From the NCBI GenBank assembly GCA_965202585.1, contig OZ241827.1, positions 10,726,001-10,790,000 of the forward strand: 64,000 nucleotides of DNA, in the 5' to 3' direction. The position numbers were made by a program, and so were the translations under genes. Positions 11,701 to 23,700 of this stretch are shown here, one piece after another. The notes under the pieces were generated by a model, which saw only the letters and a list, made by a program, of their open reading frames with translations, searched no databases and was not told the DNA's origin. Position 1 is the stretch's first letter. Every line of letters begins with the position of its first letter. This DNA comes from Thalia democratica. Its lineage: Eukaryota.

Positions 11701-14700
11701 ATGTGTGAAATTATTTGACGTTCGTTACTCAAACAATAAGCAAGTAAACTGACTCATATAAAAGCAAAATAACAGTGATGTTTTGAAAATCAAAGTCCTT
11801 TGATATACTGTTTATTTTTCTTTCAATCTTTGTTTTTATGTTTGTTTACATTAAGATCATTCAGAGTATAGCTTTCGACTAAGTTAATACTATTATATAT
11901 CACTAAACAAAGTCTTTGTTCTTCACATTACTTTTCGCTTAAAAGGTATGAATGTTTGTGTTAAAACAAAAAATTATTTTTTTTTTATTTGATCTTATCA
12001 CCACTATAAAGATTATCATTTTGTTATTTATAGGTACACTTTGTCAAAAAAAAATCTCGAAAGAAGTTTGAGTTACCCTTTCTGTACAATAAAATTTTTA
12101 TACTATATCTAGCTGAAAATCTAATTAGTTTTTGTAACAAGTATTTTCACATTGTAAACAAACACATAAGTTAACACAAAATAGTTGTAGTTATAAAAAT
12201 TTACAAACCTGTACAGTATTGGGTTGATCATTGTGTGTCCGAATCTGTAAGCAGCAGTGGCAAACACATTAACAATTGAGGATGGTTGATTCGGGTTGTA
12301 GCCCCCATAACTTTCCATTGCATCGTTACCTAGCAACTTGGGTAGCCAGTGCTGTTTTGAATATGTTTGTTAATTCTTTTTTTACATAATAATATGTTTG
12401 GTTTGAAAATTTGAAAATATTATTTTTCAGAAAATAAAACTATATTAAGTTTACATTGTAAAAATTGTTTACGTTTATTGTAGTATTATTTGTACGCTTT
12501 TCGTTTTTTTACTTATTTAATTTTAAGTGTTCACAAAATACTTATATCCATTATTTTTAAAGTGTTTAATAACCAAATTTGCTAATTTTAAATGTGTTTT
12601 AAACTTAATGAAAAAATACAAACTGGTTTCAGACTTTGGAATTCTCGAAAACACATCTCTTTTTAAAAGTTTGGTTTCCTACATTTAAAAAGCTTCTAGT
12701 TTAGTGATATATCAGGTTTACAAAAGACTTAGTTTGATCCTATGATTGAAAAGAACTGCGGTTTGATTAATAAATTGACTAAAATTTTTCAAAGTTCCCT
12801 TATTCAATTTTACATGCTAAACTAGTATTATTCTTCATTTAATGATAAACTTGTTTTCGATTAAAGTTATACAAAAAGTAAACTAAGTATCTCAAAAATA
12901 AACATTAGTTTCTATTAACTAATTAAAAGCTTAAATGTAATCAAATTATAAAAATAAGGGATGTTACAAATTAAAACAAAGTAAATGCAAAGTAACAAAC
13001 ATTGTAAGTGATGTGCTGCATTTTGGCGCCAACAATTTTCCTGGCTTCCGAGTAAATTACATCACCTTCCCAATGTGGGTTGAGTTTTTTCAGGTACCTC
13101 GCAATCCTGTTGTGTTCCCGCATAAACAATGTGTGCATGGTCGTTAGCCCCACCTAGTTGATAATTTTATTCTTTTTTCGATTCAATTAAAAATTAATTT
13201 TGTAAATACATAAAACAAATAAAGCTAGTTTCTATACATAATTTAAATAGACTGATAGTATCTAAAACTAATTATTTTTCTTTAAAAAGTCGTTGCTAAA
13301 GCTCGCTTTTGTATATTATAATCTTAAAAGTAGTTTATGGAACATTTATACACTCTTAGCAGTCGTAAAAAAAAAATTAGTTAAAATAAAGATACGGTAT
13401 TTTTTTACTCACATGTTCATTAGCTCTAAGGTCACCAGCAAGAAAACACGGAACACTTCTCTGTCTTGCTGTTTCACTATCTCCTCTTCTGCATTCTATA
13501 GGAGCAACTGGACGAATCACTGAGATCTCTGTTAGTAATATTCATAAATTAAGTTTTGACATTAGTTTTTAGAACATTATACAAGTTGTATATAAATTGA
13601 GAACATCTTTATAAACTACTTGTTTTAAAATTTACTCAAATTGACATTAACTTTTAATTATGTGCACTTGATTTGTAAAGTTGTTTTACTCTTTTTGATA
13701 CAGAATGTATAATGAATGAGTCAAAATTTATTTGTTACTCACAAGCTTCTTTTACTGTTAATTCCGATAAATTAAAAGTACAGTAAACAAATTTAAAAGT
13801 ACCACAAGGACCAAGGTCGCTGTATTTATTTTATGGTAGGAGTGGTTGGTGTCAATTAAATAACATTTAAAAGTTTCATATATACATCTACTCTAACTAT
13901 AATATATATAAATTGCGTCAGAGTGTTTTTTGTTTTTTTGTATAACTTGTGTATCATTGTTTGACAAAGTACTATTTATTTCAAACCGTACTAGCTAATC
14001 ACTTAGAAGTTTAGCTTTATGAAGCATATATTCTATTTTTTTTTAACTACTTTTCTAAATAGATTATATATGTAAAACGTACCAGTACCAAGGTCGCTGT
14101 ATATGTTGTAAGGTAAAAGAGGTTTGTGTCCTGTCTCAAGAGCTTGCCCCTCCTTCAAAAGTCCCTCCTCATTTGTAAGCTCCCTTAAATTTCTACCTTC
14201 CTCTTCAGTGTTTCCGTAAACGTTTGACGCATCCAGGTACGATGTGATCTATAAAATATATATATATATAACTCCCAAGTCTTGATTTTATTTAAGCACA
14301 TGAAAACGTACATCAAAAAGACAATGTTACATATAAAAGTTTGATGGAAAAGTTTCATAGTACTTTGATAATGTTCAGGTATTTACTTTTAAATAAATAT
14401 ACAAAAAACTAAAGAATAAAGTTTTTACAAACTAGTTGCACCAAAAAGCTTATTTGTTATAAACTACTGTAAGTTTTTTTTAAATCGAAACATAACTAAT
14501 ATTGTTCAAAAGTTTTTAAATTCCTAAAGAGCGTTTAACTCGTTTATAAGCGATTATCGCTGCTTTAATGTGTTTATATGAAAACAACAATTACTTAACT
14601 TAATGACACATTACATGGTGTGTAAATACTTCATGTATAAAATGTTTCTTTATGCTTTAATTTATTTTTTATGACAAGCCAAGTATTAACTCATCTTGCT

Positions 14701-17700
14701 CACAATTTAAATTTTAGAACGTGCTGGTTAATACTTTAAATAATGTTTTATTTAAAAAAAAGAATGATAAGTGTCTAATTATCTATTCAGTTGAGACTTT
14801 AAGAGATAATGATGACATAATCTTTTGAGTTGTGAATTTTGATCAATTTAATATGTCACGAACTAATAATTACTTGAAATTTTGCAAGCATGACTAATTG
14901 TATCTAGAGTTTAGATTTTATGTTGCACTTATTTTTTTTTAAAAACTAAAATAAGCAATAAGTATATGAATATTTAATGTATATATGAACTTAACTTTAG
15001 TGGAAATAGATGAATTCTAAAGTTAATTTACTAAATATTTCTACAGATAGGCATATTTTCTTTAATTACTTTAATTTATAGTTTTAAAATAAATAACAAA
15101 CTTTCTTTTTAGGAATACTTATAGGAATACTAATGTAAATTATTTTAATGATTTTTGTCTGGTACTAACTTTTGAATTTTTCCATTACAAAAAGTTCTAA
15201 GTGAACTTTTAAAAATAATAAGCTTTAAAATTTACAGTAAATGTTCGAAAATTGTTTATATATTTAAACGATAAAATACCTATAGTATTTTTTATAGCCT
15301 AATTCATGGAAAAATAGCCAATGAAATTAATGAAGTATTGTATCACAGTTTATAACTAAATCACAGTATTTTGTTATCATCTTCGTAAACGCCACCTTGT
15401 CAGATTAAAAAAAAAAACAAAGTAGCACTCTTGTATTGCTCCTTAAGTATTTAATTTATTATCTTGTTTGACAACTAAAAATTAAGGCTTCTTGATAGTC
15501 AAAACTATCCCTAAAGAGGCAACCAACTTTGGTTCACTCTTGCTTAAATACACAATATCATGTTTATCTCACCTGATTGATTTGTTCCCTCCTACTCAGC
15601 ACGTTGAAGAAGACGGATGTGATCCCACTCCCACATACTGCGGAGGATCTGGTGAACTCCATGCACCCTCCCCCGTTGCCATGGTTACCGTGGTGACCGT
15701 GGTGAAACCTCCCGTGATGGGGGTTTTCCCCGTCCACTGTTTAGAAATAAAGTTATTAAAGGTCTAAGATTCATAGTGTTTAAACTGATAAAACAAACTA
15801 GTTTGTCGATTTTAAACTTATTGTTATAAAAAGTACATGTAGCGTTTATTAGAATATACAAAACTTAATTATTAAAAATTAATTTAATTATTTATGTTAT
15901 ACAACTAATGTTTCATTTTCCTTGTACGTTAAGTTTAAACATTCTAACAATTTAATAAACTACCTCTTAATTTCAATCTTTTTCAACCAAAACTTGTAAT
16001 AAATACTTTATTAATGTATATTTCATTACAAAATTAAGTAATTTCGATAAAATATTTCATTTACATTCAATATTTTTAGGTATATCACTAACGGATGTGG
16101 TCACTGGTTAAAGTTTTTAGTTACAAATACTTCTAACTACATTCTTTTTGCTTAAAGTTTAATGCAAACAAAGCTTTTTAAGAAAAGAATTAATTAAACA
16201 ACCGGCGCAAATAAGTATTTTGAATAATCCAAAACACAAAATTTATAGTTTTTAACCAATTACTTTTTATTTTCAAAATATTTCATTGAATTCCTTTTAA
16301 AGCATTTTACTACTTGTTCGAAATACGTACTGTTTTTAAAATTGAACTGCTTTTAAATAGTTTTAATTTTTTATGATGTTTTTATTACAACGAATACTTA
16401 AAATCATTATTTTAGAACGATTTAAACTGTACGTTTATTAAAAAGTTTTGTCATTTTATAGAAATATAATTACCCAATAAATATAAATAATTATTCACTA
16501 ACAATAAAATTAAGCTTGTAGTATGTTGTAGGAAGTTGTAGAAGGTTCTTGACAACAAAGAAAATTGGCAGCGTTTTAATACAACGTTAATGATTGTTTA
16601 TAAAGAGTGGAGTTCAAGAACCTTTCTTTTTGTTTAAACTTAAACTAAAATATTTTCAAGTGGATATATTCTTTGTTAGAACACAATAGCGAACTCATTT
16701 AAACTGTATGAACTATTAACTGCTTAAAACTTGAATTGATGTTTTTATATAAGTTCAAGTTATTATTATTTCTAAAATTAAGTACAAAGTTATTATGATT
16801 AATTTTGTACTAAGCAATGATCGTAAAAAGAATAAAAAAGGGTTAATAGCCAAAAACTTCTTAACATTACCTACGATGTGTTTACAAAAGTCTAAATAGC
16901 TTTGATTTTGTTATTTTATTCGATTGTTTAATACCGTATACAGATGTTGTGGTAAAATCAAAATATTCATAAACTTAAGCCTTACAGAATGAAATGTCAA
17001 CTTTTAAATAGTTATTTTTTATAACAATTTAGTAGTTCAACATTTTTAATTAAAAAAATTACTTAAGATATATGCTTGTAAATACAAATTAAAAAGAAGC
17101 CTAATATATTTTTGAAGTTTTTTTTGAAATTAAAGCACGATGCACAGTAATGCATAGTTACCAACCATAAATAGGTTAACAAGGTGCCTCTTTGTCAAAA
17201 GAAACTTCACAAGCCGTAATAAGTAAATATTATATGAAGTAGTATCATTATCTAACCATGAATGGAAACAAGGAGCTTACTCTCACATAAGTCCTTGCAA
17301 GCCCTAACAAATAAATATAATTTGTTGTTTTGTTATCTTACCGTGAATAGGAAAGCACGGAGCTTCTCTCTCGCACGAATCCTTGCAAGCCGTACCGGGA
17401 TCGGAGAACCTCTGAATGCTGGGAGCCATTGCTGTGAAATCGAGGTCGTGATCCAGGAACTGTCCCCACTGCATGACCATGTGTGTAAGTTGCTGGTCAC
17501 TAGAGGCGCTCTTTCCCATCTCTCCGTTCGACATCAGCACCCCGTACGACACTGACCTTGGCGAGGGTAGCGGGTGGGAGTTGTACCTGTTTGTTATTAT
17601 TCAAAGTAAAAAGTTAATTATATAAAAAGTGTATTTTAAAGGTTTTTTTTGTTTATACTTAGGGTTTACTACTACTTATTTAGGGATGTGAGTTTGTTAT

Positions 17701-20700
17701 CAGAGATATTGAATCTCAACATAATTAGATAGTGTATATTAAATAGTACTGCATAGGATTCTTATCAACTATAAAAACTGTTTTTTCTTGTGCCAAAGAT
17801 AAAACTAACTTTAAAACATTTTAAGTTTGTTGGTCATAGGTATGTTTTTTATGAATAAATTTGACGAAAATTTATCTTAAAGTTTTACAAAGTTTTAGTT
17901 TTGTTTAATATAATTAGTATAATCTTATAGTTCATTAAAATAGTTACGCAAAGACAAAAATCTGTTTTAGATCTTTTGACGTCAGAAACTTTTAAGAACA
18001 AAGGAGTTTTTGTCTGCTTTACATGTAACCAGACGTTTGAGCTTGAGAGTTGTGTTAAATGTGTCATTTAATCAAAAACAGATGTCTGGCTAAAAACCTT
18101 TAAGAATCTATAAAAATAAAATTTAAGTTTTTAATTATTGTTATCACTTATGAAGTTTGTTTTTGTATTCGAATAATAACTATTAGTCAACATAAATATG
18201 TTTAGAATGTTTTTTAAACTTAACTTTATGGCTGTAAAATATAGTTTTACGTAACATTCATATAATCGCATACTTTGAAAAAGAAATCGCTTGAAAGTAT
18301 GTCACCTAACATCGCAAAGTATTTGAAATGGGTAAAATATTAATATACTGCAAAACAGCTTAAACATATTTACGCCTTGTTGTACAACTATTCAGTTTTA
18401 AGTTGATTGAAATAAAGTAAAAAATATAAGCTAACAATTTACAACAAACAAAAATTAACAGACAAATTAAGAAATACTTACGTTTTGTTAGGATTCCAAG
18501 CGATAGGATTATTGAAACCATTTTCATAAATGGGTTGCAGGACTCTGTGAAACGGGGTCAAAGATGCTCCCCACATCGGGTGTTGTAAATTGTTGCAGGT
18601 TCCATCTAGTGTTCGGTACCTAAGTTTTTATATTAATTTTACTTATAAATAAAAAAATATTTTGTATAACTTTGTATGCAATAATGTATTAAAATACAAG
18701 ATATTATGTGTATTAGGTTAATATTTGTTTAGTTTAATACGCTGTACACTTTCAAAAGTCTATATGTATCTGATATCCATAAAACATAGTGGTTATTAAA
18801 CAAAAAAATAATGAAAACAATTTAGTAAAATTTTATACGCAAACATAGCATGTTAATAAAATTAAGTTTTTAATAATAGAAAGTTTAATATACATATAAC
18901 TAATAGCTAACTTATTAAAATGTATAACAACTAACTAAAAAAAACAACTAACTTTCTGTGATAGCAGAAATCTTTCGAACAGTTTGGTTGTGTCCGATAC
19001 GTGGAACAACCAGATAAATTCGCTACTAGCTCGATAACTTCCGGCCGGATAAACGAAATTACGTCATTGTCCTGTGACGTGATTATTGTTTCTGTTTCTG
19101 CTGTTGTTTCGTCATCAACTTGGTTGAAATCTTGAATTTATTTAACTTGTTATTAGAGCATAGTAAGTCCCTACTTTTTTATTAAAAACTAGTTGTTGTT
19201 GAATAACTGTTAAAAATACATACTATATTTGCATTTTCGATAAATTATTAATGGATCGTAGTATAATTATTTTTTAAAATTGTTAAAATAAATGTTTCAA
19301 ATTACCTATGACATCTACAAAAAAATTGTTTTGCAATACATTTATGAGACAAAATTATAGAAATTATATTTGTAGAATTTTTCTAGAAACTAAAGTTTCA
19401 TTTATAAAAACTACATAATGACATAACACTTGAATAGAATGTTTTGTTACGCTCTAATTTTATTATATTATTATGAACTTAGTTGTACATTTTACGTTTT
19501 TACACAAACGTTTTGCAAGAATTAAAGTTTAAAGTGTAGTAATACAAAACTTTTATGAATACTACATAAATATAAATTTAAGTTAATGAATCTATGTATA
19601 CAATTTTTATATAATGCTTACGTTTAATGTGTGACAAATGTTGAAGTCATATACGAATTGACTAAATGGTGTACTGATAAATTTAAATAACAAAATAATA
19701 TACTATTTATTTGTGTCACTCATAAACTATCTTTCTGAATTTAACTAATTCACTGCTTCCACACAGAACACTACATATTAGTACTAAAAAGATCACTTTA
19801 ATCGGCTATAGCTTAGTTTGAGTGGATTTTCGGTATTAAGCGGATTTAAAATGTCGCTTTCAAGGAAAACCTTTAATTGGTCATTAGTTGATTTTTCGAT
19901 GCAGAATAATGTTGTAATTGACCTATTTTAAACACAATGTAGGCAAAAATTACTTATGTTCACATTTTCTTTTTTATAGTATTTAAGCTTTACTAACACT
20001 TACTCTGAGTTTTATCAACACTAAACTTTCGTAACTTGTATAAAAAAAGTATGGAATTTTTTAGGTGTATGATACTTGCAATAAAATTAAATCTTAAAGT
20101 AACCACATTATTTTTACAGTTGTATAAGAACCATAGCCTTTGTAAAAAAATATATATTTAAAGTTTTTGTTAAACAAATATTTTAACTCTTAATTAAGGC
20201 TGTCTCATTCGACAAAAAAAAACAACTAATTTGGTCAATACTATAAAAAATATTTCAGACTTTTTGTTTTACTTTTGTAAAGTTTTTATTGAAATTAAAG
20301 GAATAAGACTTATATAGAATCTAGATCAGGGTTTTCAAAAGTGGGCTATAAGCATTAAAGTGGCCTATAAGCATTAAAGAGGCCTATAAGCATTAAAGAG
20401 GCCAAAGGGGGAGGATCGTGTAAGTAATAAAAAGGCCACAGGGGGACTATGAAGTCATAATTTAAAACTTAAATTAGATATTTAGGAGTTAATGATGAGA
20501 AGCAAAAATAAAAACTTAGGAGTATATGATGCTAGTTTATGAGAATTTTTGTCAAAGGGTACCATAGCTAATTTATTTCTTTAAAGGGAGCCCTATGAAA
20601 AAAGTTTGGTAAGCCCTGATCTAGATGCTATACTTTTTGTTTACGAATTAACATTCAAAACTAACCAACAACAGCTTGTGGAGAGTCCCTCCTAGCCCTC

Positions 20701-23700
20701 CTGACGCAACACTCGATCACTCGGAGTGAAACGTCGAAGACTTCCGCAGCTTTTGCCATATCAACAGCTAAGTTTGAGGAGGGAAATCTCATCAAGGATA
20801 GTAGATCACCAGCTGTTTGCTTGTGTTTCCTGTTTGTATTGTGTTTATACGTTTGTATTTTTTTAAAGTGAAGTTCTTATAAGTATAATGTTTATTGAAT
20901 TGTACCAAATAAAGTTTAACATTTATTGGCAACAAGTCTACTGCTGCTTGCTTGTGCATGCAGTTGTATATTGATTCTATAATTTAATTGTTTTAAAAAT
21001 GCTCAATCATTTATTAGCAACTTAAATGTGTATTTCTTGTTTTCCTTTAACATTGTCTCATTGTCATAGTTTTAGTGCACTGACTTTATTTTATGTTTAA
21101 GTTAGTATACTGTCTTTGATTTAGTTCGATCTCTTGTAAGTTGTGTATATATATTTGAATTCTTTTTCATTGCATATATAGGTAAGTGATGTTCTTGAAA
21201 GGTTATAGTGCAACAAATATGTTTTGCTTTGTAGATTTGAGTTTGCCCAACGATAAAAAATACTTTTTTCTTTAAATGATAGGACTGTTTATAACACAGT
21301 AAATTAGATTGCTTTTTCGTAATTTGCTGATTTACATAAAGCTAATCAATTAATTTTATATAGTTTAGAAGTATAATTACAAGGTAATGCATTTAAATGT
21401 ACATAAATGTGATAAAGTTAACTAATAAACAATGTCAAACTTTTTAACTGTTTTTGAATTTAAATTTACAATAAAGAAATGTTTAACACTATTTGAGAAT
21501 TAAAACCTTTGTACTTTTCTAAAGAATTTGCGTTATACTAAAACTTTAAGCACAATTTACTAAACTACAACTATATTTTGTCAAGTTTATTAATTTTTTA
21601 GATGATAACTATAACATTTTTTTGTGGTCAAAACCAAAATAGGAACAAAAAATATCATTAGACCTCACAGTAGGACACACATAAGTTTTTGAAAATTTAC
21701 CACCTAGAAACATTATGTGTGTATATATATATATATATACTTATTCACAATTGTACCACCTAGAAACAGTTTCTGTGCCTAGACACAATAACCACAAACC
21801 TCACAAAAGTTGATTTATAGCTGAGACGTGCGAATTTATCAGCTGCTTACTTGTAATATTCAATGTCGCAGTAAGTACGGCACGTGTATACGTTTGAATG
21901 AGACAAAGCATAATACAGCACGTGTAAGAAACTATAGTAGATATATTTTGCTTGTGTTTGGGTTTAAACTGTTGAACAAAAAATTGTGACTATTGCCTCA
22001 TCCTATGTAAACTATTTGTGTGTGACGTCATGATTATTTGTCAACTATTTTGTTTGTGAATATCGTGTTATTTTAAATGCATCGCACTCGGATGACTAAA
22101 GACTTGTAAAAAAGTAAAAAACACTTAAAAATATTTAGACTTGAAATAATTTTAAATATATGTTCTAAAAGTAAACTCGTTTGAATTATTTCTAAATATT
22201 TCAAAATCATATAATTTTGTCAAGTTAAAGATATTTATGACTTTTATCATTTTTTAAACAACTTTAAGTTAAACGATTCATTTATGATATGATTGAAATA
22301 AACTTAATCCCTCAATGAACAATTTTAAAATCATTAAGCTTTGCTATTTTTACTCGGCTTTATAAAATCTTAAATTACGGTGAAAAGTGTATATTTGAAG
22401 TATATTGAGATTTTTTAGTCGCTTTATCAAGTAATTCGATATAGTTTGGGATTTACTGAAATTGAAACAAATTGTATTAAGACCACCATCGGTTAAAAAA
22501 AACAAAAGCGTTTGATCAAGTTTTTATTTATGGGTACTACTTTTGTTAAGTTTGTATGTTTAAATATTACTGTTGTATATAAGGTGAAACAAAATATTTT
22601 AGAATTTTATTTAAGTTATACTTTTTTTTTGGCGAGTACCATAAAATTAAATAACATTAAAGAAGTATTATAGACATTAAAAAGCAAATCACTTACGTAC
22701 TTACACTACTATAATAAAAAACAAGAAATGATAATTCGAATTTTATCAAAATTGAATATTGGTTGTTACATTTGCGCTGTGATGTCATATAAAAACTGAA
22801 ACTTATTGTAAGACCACCTTGCTTGCTAGATGTGTGACATATTTTATATATGAAACAGGCGTGAAATAAATACTATTTATATTAGACTTATGAGGGAATA
22901 AGACAGGCGTTGGTGAAAAATATAATTTTAACAGCAGCATATGTTAGATTGTGAGATAAATCAACTAGATAGAAAATTAGCTAATGTTCTGTATAAAAAC
23001 TTGCCTTTTAAACCTTTTGAAACTATATTAAACCTGTTTCTAAAATAATTTTTTTCGAACAATAGCTAACTTTTAAAAGAAATGATTATAGTAATTGAAG
23101 GTTACGCTACTAAGCAGTTAAGAAGTATTCTCACAGATTATTATTAATTAAAAGAAAAAATACTAACTTGTATTTTTTTTGTAGAACATAAAAAAACTGA
23201 TGCAATACGAAAACTAGTATTTTTGAGTTATAAAGCTAACTTTATCGTTTATTAAACTTTTAAATATATTTATTTTATCTTAAATAATAAGACAATTCGA
23301 ATTACCTAACATTTTAAAGAATTGGTGAGTTTATTGCCTATGAACACAAACAGTAATCTCGCGTTTGTCTAAATTTTTTTCAAATAAGTAAAATCTTTTA
23401 CACAAAACCTGGTTAAGATTCATATAAAGATAATAAAAAATTATAAATATTTTATTCATATTTATCAAAAGTTAAAGATACAGAATGATTTATCGCAAAC
23501 TAATTACGATTGATTACTGATTTGCATGTTTGACTTGAATATCATTGCATACATTAAATATATAGCCTTTTTTATCATTGATAGCTTTTGATTTGTAAAA
23601 GATTTTTATTTTTGCTCATTAAATGAAAATAAATACAAATCTTAAACTTACTTCATTAAAAGTATTACTGTTTAATGGCGTTAAAAAAAGTTTTAGTCTA

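Noticed and set aside
15492-15767. 91-aa plus-strand ORF; likewise 7349-7573, 13293-13523, 17262-17555, 25288-25578, 46663-46935 and 57589-57786
   Set aside because: Each overlaps a PXDN exon on the opposite strand and is explained by it.
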